Assembly: GCA_025928935.1 (NCBI GenBank)
Contig: JAICNB010000003.1
Span: 10,802-74,801 of the forward strand
DNA: 64,000 nucleotides
DNA from: Acidimicrobiia bacterium
GTDB taxonomy: Bacteria > Actinomycetota > Acidimicrobiia > Spongiisociales > ZC4RG35
Reading direction: 5' to 3'
This document shows, in pieces, positions 44,578 to 53,284 of the stretch. The translations under genes and the position numbers were made by a program. The first letter of the stretch is position 1. The number at the start of each line of letters is the position of its first letter. A model generated the notes under the pieces. The model saw only the letters and a program-made list of their open reading frames with translations. It was not told the DNA's origin and made no database searches.

Positions 44578-45390
44578 CTACCCGCTGTAGTGGGGCTCGT
44601 CGAGCTCCGCTGGTGTGTCCGGGATCCGAACCCGGGGAGCCGGGTCACCAATCCCGCTCCGGAAGGCCGAGGCCACTACCGCGAGCAGGACGGCAGTGAT
44701 GAGGCCGGCCACCGGACCGCCTGTGACCGTCGTCGCCACGGCCAGAACGGCGATCTGGCCGACGACGGCCACCACCCGGCTCGCCGGGCGGAACCGCTCG
44801 ATGCGACGATGGAGCTCACCTAGGTCGGCCGGGGACCGAACCCACGCTGCAGGCAACACCGCCAACCCACGTAACAGGCCGAACATGGTGACGATGGCCA
44901 GAGCCAGCAGCGGCTCGCCGGTGGCCGCGGCTACCACCACCATGAGATAGACACTCGCCGACATGACGTAGGTGGCCACGCCGACGCCGAGCTGCCAGCC
45001 GAACCCCATCCCGTAGACCCAGGACCGATAACGATCCAGCCAGCTTCTCTCCACCTGACGAGGGTTGGCAGGGAGATGGAATCCGCCCACCTTCAGGTCG
45101 GAGGCCAAGGTGATGACCCCGGCCAGCAGGACCAGGCCAGCCGATGCCGTAGCCGAGAGCCCAAGGCTCCCGACCGCCACAGCCCCGAGCGCGGCGACCG
45201 AGCCCAGCGTCAGGCCGCCGAGCAGCGAACCGGCCACGAACCAACTCACCGTCGCCCAGTAGCGATGCCCTCGGCCCGCCTCGGACAGGGGGGTGATCGA
45301 GGAGAGCATCGATACGCCACAGGGAGACCAGGTGGAGCGAAACGCCGCCACCAAGGCGATCCCGACTGCGGTCCAGGCCATCAGGTCCAT
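44578..45390 (-). CDS. polytopic membrane protein, family uncertain (possibly DsbD/CcdA-like superfamily)
   Basis: ~6 predicted TM helices, with a WSPCGVSML motif in the first helix. No confident family call. Confidence 0.45.
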   Translation of the reverse strand: MDLMAWTAVGIALVAAFRSTWSPCGVSMLSSITPLSEAGRGHRYWATVSWFVAGSLLGGLTLGSVAALGAVAVGSLGLSATASAGLVLLAGVITLASDLKVGGFHLPANPRQVERSWLDRYRSWVYGMGFGWQLGVGVATYVMSASVYLMVVVAAATGEPLLALAIVTMFGLLRGLAVLPAAWVRSPADLGELHRRIERFRPASRVVAVVGQIAVLAVATTVTGGPVAGLITAVLLAVVASAFRSGIGDPAPRVRIPDTPAELDEPHYSG

Positions 45391-45468
45391 CGCTGACCAC
45401 CCTAGTGCCGTATCCGTTGGGCCAGCGAAGGGGAGTGGCACGACGTGGCCGGTACCCTTTCATCATTC

Positions 45469-45541
45469 GGGTCTCTAGCTCAATTGGTAGAGCAGCGGGC
45501 TTTTAACCCGTTGGTTGTGGGTTCGAGTCCCACGGGACCCA
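45469..45541 (+). tRNA. tRNA-Lys (anticodon UUU)
   Basis: Cloverleaf GGGTCTC/TAGCTCAATTGGTAGAGC/AGCGGGCTTTTAACCCGTT/.../GTGGGTTCGAGTCCCAC/GGGACCC+A. The anticodon loop is C-T-TTT-A-A and the T-loop is GGTTCGAGTCC. Confidence 0.9.
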
Positions 45542-45691
45542 CGGTGGAATTCCCATCTGTCGCAATGAGCGGTTCACTTCTCATTTGGTTGGTCGGCGAC
45601 ACGGCTGCAAAGAACAGTCATCCGTTTCGATGGCTGGAATCGAAGTAGTGGGTGTCGGCACAGAGCGTGCCGGAAAAGGAGAAACACTCAC

Positions 45692-46345
45692 ATGAGAAAC
45701 CGATCGAAAATGGTTCTCGCATCGGCCCTGCTCGCCGTGGCGGCCGTGGCCTGCGGAGACGGGGCCGAGGATGCGACCACCACGACCCAAGCCGAGGCGA
45801 CCGAGACAACCGAAGCACAGGAGGCCACCACCACGACCTCAGCCGAGGTCACCTCGACCACCGAGGCGGAGATGACGACGACCACCCCGGCGAACGAAGA
45901 CACCGTTCTCGACGTGGCCGCGGGGAACGAGGACTTCTCCACGCTCGCCGCCGCAGTCGAGGCCGCCGGTCTCCAGGAGGCGCTGAGTGATCCTGAGGCC
46001 ACGCTGACCGTCTTCGCCCCGACCAATGAGGCGTTCGATGCCGCCCTGCAATCCCTGGGTCTGACCGCCGAGGAGCTGCTGGCAGACACCGAGACGCTCA
46101 CCGCCATCCTCACCTACCACGTGCTGGGCAACACTGTCACCTCCACCGACATCATCAGTGCCGGCTCGGAGGAGATCCCCGTGGACACACTGTCCGGGGA
46201 GGAGCTGGTGGTGGTCGTCGGGGACGACGGCGCGGTCGGGTTCGCCGACCAGGCCGCATCCGTCGCCGCCGCGGACATCGAAGCGTCCAATGGCATCATC
46301 CACGCCATCGACGCCGTGCTGCTCCCGCCATCACTGTCCAGCTGA
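45692..46345 (+). CDS. fasciclin (FAS1) domain lipoprotein
   Basis: AAGGAG lies 8 nt upstream of the ATG. Lipobox LAVAAVACG and a Thr/Glu-rich linker precede the FAS1 pattern (FSTLAAAVEAAGL...LTVFAPTNEAF...ILTYHVL...NGIIHAIDAVLLP). Confidence 0.85.
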   Translation: MRNRSKMVLASALLAVAAVACGDGAEDATTTTQAEATETTEAQEATTTTSAEVTSTTEAEMTTTTPANEDTVLDVAAGNEDFSTLAAAVEAAGLQEALSDPEATLTVFAPTNEAFDAALQSLGLTAEELLADTETLTAILTYHVLGNTVTSTDIISAGSEEIPVDTLSGEELVVVVGDDGAVGFADQAASVAAADIEASNGIIHAIDAVLLPPSLSS

Positions 46346-46358
46346 TCTCGCCGGCTAC

Positions 46359-46391
46359 GACAACGGACCGCGTTCGACGCGGTCCGTTGTC
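46359..46391. terminator. stem-loop terminator between convergent genes
   Basis: Perfect 14-bp stem GACAACGGACCGCG / CGCGGTCCGTTGTC with loop TTCGA. Confidence 0.75.
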
Positions 46392-46464
46392 GTGTGGATG
46401 CCCGGCGCGAAACGACAGCAAGATCCTGATGGGAACATTGACCGCGAGCGAACGACGCCTCGGC

Positions 46465-47016
46465 TCAAGGACTGAGGTCGGCCAGGGACCGAGCCAATCG
46501 TCTCATGCCGCTCCGGATCCGGCTCTTCACCGTGCCCTCGGGCACACCGAGTCGCTCCGCCACCGCCACATAGCTCAAGCCGCTGAGATAGGCGAGGGAG
46601 ATCGCCTCACGTTCCCCTTCGGGGAGGCCTTGGATCTCCTCCCGGACCGTCCTCGACAGTTCACGCGTCCACACCTCGCCCTCCACGTCGATTGGAGGAG
46701 TTGGTTCCGGTGGTCGCTGTTCTCGATTCGAGCGGGCCACCTCGGAGCGCACGACGTCGATAGCCCTGCGATGAGCGATGGTGGTGAGGAAGCCACTCAA
46801 GGAGCCTCGGGCCGGGTCGTACTTCCCGGGTTCGCTCCAAAGCGTGAGGAAAGTGTCCTGAACCACATCCTCGGCAAGGGTGTGGTCCCTGACCACCCGG
46901 CGGGCTGTGCTGCGAACCAGTGGCGTGAACTCCTCGACGACGCTGCGAATCGCTCGCTCGTCCCCCCGGGCGAGAGCCTCGGCGAGGTGCGATCCCCCCC
47001 GACCCGTCTGACTCAC
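46465..47016 (-). CDS. ECF-type RNA polymerase sigma factor, SigK-like
   Basis: Region 2 (DVVQDTFLTLWSEPGKYDPARGSLSGFLTTIAHRRAIDVVRSE..NREQR) closely parallels the mycobacterial SigK block (…[41 protein letters not shown]). Region 4 is LSYVAVAERLGVPEGTVKSRIRSGMRRL. Confidence 0.85.
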   Translation of the reverse strand: MSQTGRGGSHLAEALARGDERAIRSVVEEFTPLVRSTARRVVRDHTLAEDVVQDTFLTLWSEPGKYDPARGSLSGFLTTIAHRRAIDVVRSEVARSNREQRPPEPTPPIDVEGEVWTRELSRTVREEIQGLPEGEREAISLAYLSGLSYVAVAERLGVPEGTVKSRIRSGMRRLARSLADLSP

Positions 47017-47120
47017 CGAGAGGGTCCCTCCGGCATCCCCTGCGATTATATGAGCCGCTCGGTTGCTGGAGAGCCACCTCAGACACGGCTATATGCTCTC
47101 TCGAGATTGGCGAGGCGTCG

Positions 47121-48113
47121 GTGGGACAAGGAATAACAGAGACACATCTCGCCGTGGCGTCGATCGCAACGGCGGGAGACTCCGGGGGCCTCTACCGGCT
47201 GGTTGCTCGCCTCATGGACGAGGGGACACCGCTGGAGGCTGTGCTCTTCGACGTGCTACTCCGGGTCGAGCAAGAAGTAGGCCATCGCTGGCAGCGCGGG
47301 GAGTACCTGGTTGCCGAGGAGCACGCGGTCACGGCCACGATCGAAACCGTGGTCTCACTACTCGCGGGATCGTTGGATCAACCTCTGGAGGGCAGTCACG
47401 TCGTGGTTGCCACAGCGGAAGGCGATTCCCATTCGCTGCCGGCGCGGGCAGCAGCCGCCAACCTGTTGTTCAATGGGTTTCGCACCAACTTCCTGGGGGC
47501 GAACGTGCTCTCCTCGGACCTCGAAGAATTCCTCGTCGACGAGAAACCCGACGCACTGGTGCTGTCCTCGGCCATGGCGTCCCATCTGCTCGGAGCACGA
47601 GCCGGTATCGAAGCCGCACACACGGCCGGCGTCCCGGTGCTGGTCGGCGGGCGCGGCTTCGGTGAGCACGGCCGGTGGGCGTCGGTCCTCGGTGCGGACG
47701 CCTGGGCATCGACACCGAGAGATGTAGTTGCGGTGCTGCGCAGTTGGGAGCCCGACCCGATCGCGGCGGAGGCAAATGCTGCGCGACGAACTCCGGAGCT
47801 GATGGAATTGATCGAGCGTCGGTCTGAGGTGATGGCGAGAGCCGAAGCGGAGTGGACCGCCAGGGCGCCGGACCTGGACCGGCGAGTGGTCAGAGCGGAG
47901 CTCGATATCTCGATCCGCTCTCTGGAAGCTTCCCTCTTGGTCGGTGAGCCGGCGCCGCTTGCGGAAGTCCTTCACTGGCAGGCTCAGGCACTCCCGTCGC
48001 ACGGGATCGACCAGCCATCCACCATTCCCGACGCGATCGCCGCCGCCCTCGGATCGGATCTCCAAGGGGCGGCGACGATGCTGGGGTTTGCCCGCGGGGT
48101 AGCGGGCGAATGA
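47121..48113 (+). CDS. cobalamin (B12)-binding domain protein, CarH-like sensor module without DNA-binding domain
   Basis: The helical cap carries W57-x9-E67-H68 (HRWQRGEYLVAEEH). The Rossmann B12 domain carries VVVATAEGDSHSLP (DxH, His104) and ...PDALVLSSAM...VPVLVGGRGF. A ~125-aa helical C-terminal extension has unknown function. No MerR HTH is present. Confidence 0.75.
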   Translation: MGQGITETHLAVASIATAGDSGGLYRLVARLMDEGTPLEAVLFDVLLRVEQEVGHRWQRGEYLVAEEHAVTATIETVVSLLAGSLDQPLEGSHVVVATAEGDSHSLPARAAAANLLFNGFRTNFLGANVLSSDLEEFLVDEKPDALVLSSAMASHLLGARAGIEAAHTAGVPVLVGGRGFGEHGRWASVLGADAWASTPRDVVAVLRSWEPDPIAAEANAARRTPELMELIERRSEVMARAEAEWTARAPDLDRRVVRAELDISIRSLEASLLVGEPAPLAEVLHWQAQALPSHGIDQPSTIPDAIAAALGSDLQGAATMLGFARGVAGE

Positions 48114-48117
48114 GGGC

Positions 48118-48363
48118 TCAGCCCACTCGGGCGGGCACCGGTTGCCGGTCTGCAGACCGGACGAAGAGCCGGCTGATCAGCCAGAGCCCGGCCAGACCGA
48201 CCAAGCCGTACACGATGCGGGTAGCGGCGTTGGTCTCACCGAACTCGAGTCCGAAGATCGCTGCGACCAGATCGAACTCGGCCAAAGCGACCAGACCCCA
48301 GTTGATCGCTCCGATGCCGGCGAGGAGCCGGGCAGCGACGTCCATTCCGTTCATTTTCTGCAC
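48118..48363 (-). CDS. DUF378 family small membrane protein
   Basis: 81 aa with LLAGIGAINWGLVALAEFDLVAAIFG...IVYGLVGLAGL, the typical DUF378 pattern. Confidence 0.75.
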   Translation of the reverse strand: MQKMNGMDVAARLLAGIGAINWGLVALAEFDLVAAIFGLEFGETNAATRIVYGLVGLAGLWLISRLFVRSADRQPVPARVG

Positions 48364-48541
48364 CTTTCACTCATGAGAAGGCCATTTCCTTACTCATCAC
48401 CTGTCATTCGGAGCAGGAAGCGACGACGGATCACAGCTTTCCGGAGGGATGAGGTCAGGGACCACGGTCACCGCATGGTCACAGCTGGGAACAGCACCCC
48501 ACACGACAGCAAGTCAGACGCCGACTGGCGAGGAGTTCCGA

Positions 48542-48988
48542 TCAGGCGACCGCGGCCTCGACAAGTGCGACCACCTTCCTCTCGACCGCGGGGGTCCACT
48601 CGACGATGGCGAACACGACCGGCCACATCGGGCCCTCGTCGAGGTTGGCGGCATCTTCGAATCCCAGCATCGCGTAACGACCATCGAACTTGGACGCGGC
48701 CTTGAAGAAACAGATGAGCTTGCCATCGGCCCTCCCGTATGCGGGCATCCCGTACCACGTCCTGGGCAACAGGTCGGGCGCGTTCGACGCGACGAGGGCA
48801 TGGATACGTTCGGCGATGGCACGGTCGGCGTCAGGCATCTCGGCGATCGTGTCGAGCACGGCTTGCTCGTTGTCTGCCTTCTTCTGGCCGCTTCGGCCCT
48901 GCGCTTTCAACTCCTGGGCTCGTGCCCTCATCGCCGACCGCTCTGCCTCCGAGAAGCCGTCTGACCCGGATTTCTTCGTGGTAGTCAT
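48542..48988 (-). CDS. YdhG-like / DUF1801 domain protein
   Basis: ATG 48988 is preceded by AGGAGG. The 148-aa product contains ...WYGMPAYG..GKLICFFKAASKF..RYAMLGF... The remainder of the 485-aa track ORF is antisense to the MFS gene and not protein-like. Confidence 0.7.
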   Translation of the reverse strand: MTTTKKSGSDGFSEAERSAMRARAQELKAQGRSGQKKADNEQAVLDTIAEMPDADRAIAERIHALVASNAPDLLPRTWYGMPAYGRADGKLICFFKAASKFDGRYAMLGFEDAANLDEGPMWPVVFAIVEWTPAVERKVVALVEAAVA

Positions 48989-49396
48989 CCATGACCTCCT
49001 AGGTGTCTCGCTACCGACACTACGGGCCATCCGGGAGGAGAGCTTCTCGATTCCTGCTCGATCGCGATGTGGCTGACACACGGGAGCGACTCCGTAGGAT
49101 CCGCAGAGCCGTCGTCGAGCGTCTGGAGAGTGAGGCATCCAGTGAATTGGGGGTCTCATCCCAGCTGACAGAGCCCCCCGAGATTGGCCCCGGGGGCCCT
49201 TCAGTATCGTCGACGTCGCCAATCCACGATCCCGACTCGTTGAGCGCGGGAAAAAGTTCCTCCAGCACCCCGGCCGCTTGGCGATGCAAGCGGACCCGGC
49301 CGACCGAGTGGCAACATACCAGGCAAGGCGTTGCAACCACCCAGGAAGCCTCGGTCCATTTCGAGAGCAGCACCACCTCCGGCCTAGCCTGGATCG

Positions 49397-50875
49397 GTGA
49401 GGTCCACCACCGAAGCCGAGACCGTCGATTACTCGCGCAAGTGGTACGTCCTCGTCGCCGTGGGGACGAGCATCCTCCTCGCCACGATCGACGGATCGAT
49501 CGTCAATGTCGCCCTTCCCACGATGCGGGCCGACTTCGGCACCTCGTTCAACGTGATCCAGTGGGTCGCACTCGCCTATCTGCTCACCATGGCCACTCTC
49601 ACCCTGGGGGTGGGACGTCTTGGCGACGTCCTCGGCAAGAAGCGCATCTTCCTGTTGGGCTTCGCGGTGTTCACTGCAGCCTCGGTTCTCTGCGGTCTCG
49701 CACCGAGCATCGAGCTGCTCATCGTCTTCAGGGTGATCCAGGCGGTAGGGGGCACCATGATGCTCGCCCTCGGAGCTTCGATCCTCGTCGACGCCTTCCC
49801 GCCCCGCGAACGTGGCAAGGCACTGGGATGGATGGGTACCGCGGTGTCGGTGGGGGTCATCACCGGGCCTGTTGTCGGCGGCCTCCTGATCTCCGCCTTC
49901 GACTGGCAGGCCATCTTCTTCGTCAACGTCCCGATTGGCATCATCGGGCTCTGGTTGGCGGCCCGAACGATCCCAGACCTCCTTCCCATCCCCGGGCAAC
50001 GCATGGATTACATCGGCGCCGGTCTCCTCTCGCTCACACTGCTGGGAGTCTCCCTCGCCCTCACCTTGGGTCAGAGCCGGGGCTTCACCTCTCCTGAGAT
50101 CCTCGGTCTCTTCGCCCTGGCCCTGGTGGCCCTCGTCGCCTTTGTGATGCTCGAGCTCCGGCTGGCCAGCCCCATGATCGATCTCAGAACCTTCCGGGAG
50201 CCGCTGTTGTCGGTGAGCGTCATCACCGGCTATGCCACGTTCGTCTCCGCCTCGGCAACCTTCTTCCTGCTTCCCTTCTACCTCGAGGGGGTGCTTGGCT
50301 TCGGCGTGCGGGAGGTCGGCCTACTCCTCGGTGTCACTCCCCTGGCCCTGGGTATCACCTCACCGCTCTCCGGAGCATTGTCCGACCGGATCGGGGTGCG
50401 CCGGCTCACCCTGGCCGGACTGGTCATCCTGACGTTGGCGTTCGCAGGGTTCCGTCTCATCGACGTCGACACCTCGGTGCCGATGTTCCTGGCCCTGGTG
50501 ATCCCGGTGGGCATCGGGATGGGTGTTTTCCAGTCGCCCAACAACAGCGCCATCATGAGCTCCGTCCCCCGCGAGTACTCGGGTGTGGCCAGCGGGATCC
50601 TCTCCCTGACCCGTCTCCTCGGGCAGATCAGCGGGATCGCGGTGCTGGGCTCGGTCTGGGCTGCGCGGGTCGCCGCCCAGGTCGGCGGTCTCGAAGGTGG
50701 GGATGCGGCCACGGCGCCTGATCACGTTCAGGTGGCGGCCCTACGCGACACGTTCACCATCGCCGCATTGATCCTCGCCGTCGCCACGCTGCTCGGGTTC
50801 TGGGGGTTGAGGGAGGAGTCGCGGAGGAAGCAACCCGCCCTGGGGGCTGCGGAGCCTCAGATCAGCGCGGAGTAG
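49397..50875 (+). CDS. MFS transporter, DHA2 (EmrB/QacA, 14-TM) type
   Basis: ATIDGSIVNVALPTM..., GRLGDVLGKKRIF (motif A-like), and about 14 hydrophobic segments. Confidence 0.85.
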   Translation: MRSTTEAETVDYSRKWYVLVAVGTSILLATIDGSIVNVALPTMRADFGTSFNVIQWVALAYLLTMATLTLGVGRLGDVLGKKRIFLLGFAVFTAASVLCGLAPSIELLIVFRVIQAVGGTMMLALGASILVDAFPPRERGKALGWMGTAVSVGVITGPVVGGLLISAFDWQAIFFVNVPIGIIGLWLAARTIPDLLPIPGQRMDYIGAGLLSLTLLGVSLALTLGQSRGFTSPEILGLFALALVALVAFVMLELRLASPMIDLRTFREPLLSVSVITGYATFVSASATFFLLPFYLEGVLGFGVREVGLLLGVTPLALGITSPLSGALSDRIGVRRLTLAGLVILTLAFAGFRLIDVDTSVPMFLALVIPVGIGMGVFQSPNNSAIMSSVPREYSGVASGILSLTRLLGQISGIAVLGSVWAARVAAQVGGLEGGDAATAPDHVQVAALRDTFTIAALILAVATLLGFWGLREESRRKQPALGAAEPQISAE

Positions 50876-52131
50876 TCGGCTTCGAGACGGCTCCAGTCGA
50901 GCATGGAGCTGAACCCGCCCAGACTCAATGTCGAAGCGAGTGACGGGATGTCGTCGAACGGGGGTGGGATGAATCGGGGCTGTTCCACCAGGCCCTCCTC
51001 CTCCAACTGGTGCAACGTCACCATGTCGAGCAGGTCGACTTTCCCACAGAAGAGGAGCGGGATGCGGTGTGCCCGGCCCAGATAGATCGCGAGCCGGACG
51101 TAGAGGAAGGTCAGAATGAGGCCCTTGCCGTAACCCAGGTCTTTGGTGAATGGGCCGGCATCCGGGAGGCTCCCCCGGAAGATGCGCACCGTGGTCGCCC
51201 AAGCCTCATCCTCGGTGAGCCCATCGGTTCGAAACAGCTCGAACACCTCGACGAACGATGCCCCCTCTGAGGCCGCCCTGATCCCTTCGATCCGGTGCAT
51301 CAGCTTGGCCAACCGGCGGGGATGGCTGCGCAGGTTCAGCATCTCGGTCAACACCGCCAACCCCTCCTGGGTCACGGTGGTGCGAGGCGCGGCCTTCCCG
51401 AGGAAGGTGCATACCGGTTGGGAGAGCCCGTTCTGGGTGGTCCCGATGTGCACCCACGCCTCGTGGGTCTCGAGGAGGTGAAGATCGCGCTGGGAGAACA
51501 TCCGGTCTTCCCGGACCTTGATGTAGTCGCTTCCTGCCGCGGCGTCGGCAGCGATCCCGTCATCGGGCCTCACCTCCACCATGCCTTTGCCCATCGAGCC
51601 GTCACAGGCCGCTTGCAGGATGCCGACTGCTTCGGTCCCGGGGATGTTGCGGTCGTCCATGTTCGACTCCTCGACGGTGTCGAGGCCTTCCAACACCTTC
51701 CTCATCTGCTGCCCCAGGTCGGCGATGGTGGGCCCACCGGCGTGGAACACGTCCTGCGGCGTCCCGTAGAGGAGAGCCGCGATCTGGGAGAACTCCGGAG
51801 TGCCCCGCGCCTCGAGGAGATCCACGGTGAGGCGGAATTGCTCGCACATGAACTTCATCAGGGTGCCCGCCGGCGACACCGGCCCGAGCTTTCCCTGGAT
51901 GTCCGATTCGACCTTTCGCAGCTGCTCCCGCATGGCGTCGGCGTCGAAGCCCCGCTCCCGGGCCTCGTAATAAGCCCGATCCACGGACGGCAGCTCCTTG
52001 AACTTGGAGGCGTAGAACTTCTCTTTGATCGAGTCGTCCCAGTTGATCGAATTGAGCACCTTGATCGGCCGCTGTGCCTCGACGATGCGGTCACTCAGGT
52101 CCTTGATGGTCTGCCGGTATTGCTCGCTCAC
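50857..52131 (-). CDS. DUF1704 / QEGLA-motif protein (flavohemoglobin expression-modulating, Tyr/Phe carboxypeptidase-like)
   Basis: Contains VTQEGLAVLTE and HEAWVHIGT (HExxH-like). The start is uncertain: GTG 52131 is preferred, while ATG 52254 would overlap the divergent HAD start. Confidence 0.65.
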   Translation of the reverse strand: MSEQYRQTIKDLSDRIVEAQRPIKVLNSINWDDSIKEKFYASKFKELPSVDRAYYEARERGFDADAMREQLRKVESDIQGKLGPVSPAGTLMKFMCEQFRLTVDLLEARGTPEFSQIAALLYGTPQDVFHAGGPTIADLGQQMRKVLEGLDTVEESNMDDRNIPGTEAVGILQAACDGSMGKGMVEVRPDDGIAADAAAGSDYIKVREDRMFSQRDLHLLETHEAWVHIGTTQNGLSQPVCTFLGKAAPRTTVTQEGLAVLTEMLNLRSHPRRLAKLMHRIEGIRAASEGASFVEVFELFRTDGLTEDEAWATTVRIFRGSLPDAGPFTKDLGYGKGLILTFLYVRLAIYLGRAHRIPLLFCGKVDLLDMVTLHQLEEEGLVEQPRFIPPPFDDIPSLASTLSLGGFSSMLDWSRLEADYSALI

Positions 52132-52252
52132 GGGGGCGGGCAATCTATCTCGGCGACCCCACCTCCTGCGCAGCGCCTCTCGATGGTTGGCCGGCGCCGG
52201 GCCAGTCGGCCCGTTGCCACCTGTGGAAAACCGGATAGCCTCGGATGTGGTC

Positions 52253-53221
52253 ATGGGACGCCAGCTCTTCCCCCAGAACGTCATCGCCATGATCTGGGAC
52301 TTCGACAAGACCCTGATCCCGGGCAACATGCAGGGCCCACTCTTCCGTCATTTCGAGGTCGACGAGGGGGCTTTCTGGGACGAGGTCGACGGGCTCGAGT
52401 CGTGGTATCGGGCCCGTGGGTCTGACCTGATCGCCGCTGAGCGCCTCTACCTCGATCACATCCTCACTTACGTGCGTGATGGGCGAATGGCCGGTCTGAG
52501 TAACCACCTTCTGCGATCTCTGGGAGCCGAGATCGGGTTCTACCTGGGGATGCCCGACTTCCTCGAGCTGGTCCGCAAGGAAGTCACGTCGGAGCCACGT
52601 TTCGCCGAGCACCAGATCCAGGTCGAGCATTACATCGTCTCCACCGGGCTGAGGCAGATGATCCTCGGCTCGGCGGTTGCGCCCTATGTCGACGACGTGT
52701 GGGCCTGTGAGTTCACGGAGCTGATCGCCCCGCCCGGCTACCCGGAGCAGCAGAGCCGGCTCTTCTCGCCCGACGGGGAGGTCCGCCAGCTCATCTACAC
52801 CATCGACAACACGACCAAGACGCGGGCGCTCTTCGAGATCAACAAGGGGACCAACAAGAACCCCAGCATCGACGTCAACGCCAAGATGGCGAGAGAGGAC
52901 CGCCGGGTCCCCTTCCAGAACATGATCTACATCGCCGACGGTCCCTCGGACGTGCCTGTCTTCTCGGTGGTCGAGGCAAACGGCGGGAGGACCTATGCGG
53001 TGTACCGGCCCGGCTCCCAGGCCGAGTTCGAGCAGGCGGCGCGGCTCCTCGAGCAGGATCGGGTGGACGCCTTCGGTGAAGCCGACTACTCGGAGGGGTC
53101 CCATACCGCCATGTGGCTGACCCACGCCGTGGAGGGCATCGCCCGTCGCATCGTCCGCGATCGTCAGGAAACTCTCAGCGAGCGAGTCGGCCAGCCACCC
53201 CGACATGTCGCCGACGACTGA
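52253..53221 (+). CDS. HAD superfamily hydrolase-like protein
   Basis: Motif I IWDFDKTL (DxDxT) and a late YIADGPSDVP (motif IV-like). It has a large cap insertion. ATG 52253 is chosen as start. Confidence 0.65.
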   Translation: MGRQLFPQNVIAMIWDFDKTLIPGNMQGPLFRHFEVDEGAFWDEVDGLESWYRARGSDLIAAERLYLDHILTYVRDGRMAGLSNHLLRSLGAEIGFYLGMPDFLELVRKEVTSEPRFAEHQIQVEHYIVSTGLRQMILGSAVAPYVDDVWACEFTELIAPPGYPEQQSRLFSPDGEVRQLIYTIDNTTKTRALFEINKGTNKNPSIDVNAKMAREDRRVPFQNMIYIADGPSDVPVFSVVEANGGRTYAVYRPGSQAEFEQAARLLEQDRVDAFGEADYSEGSHTAMWLTHAVEGIARRIVRDRQETLSERVGQPPRHVADD

Positions 53222-53255
53222 GGGCGGCATCCCTCGACAGGAGCCCGGAAATGGT

Positions 53256-53284
53256 GCGAGGGCGGCCCTGAGGACCGCCCTCGC
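53256..53284. terminator. stem-loop after the HAD-like gene
   Basis: 10-bp stem GCGAGGGCGG / CCGCCCTCGC with a 9-nt loop, 35 nt after the stop. Confidence 0.55.

Noticed and set aside
45445-45648. 67-aa ORF on the plus strand.
   Set aside because: It overlaps the tRNA-Lys gene and translates the tRNA sequence, so it is not a gene.
47121-48113. The B12-binding protein as a LitR/CarH-type MerR transcription factor.
   Set aside because: The N-terminus starts directly with the helical B12 cap. No MerR-type HTH is present, even when earlier alternative starts in the 104-bp upstream gap are considered.
49020-49376. 118-aa minus-strand ORF as the missing regulator of the MFS pump.
   Set aside because: It has no HTH or other recognisable motif, its composition is Ser/Arg-rich, and it has no SD. 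It is kept only as part of the unexplained-gap finding.
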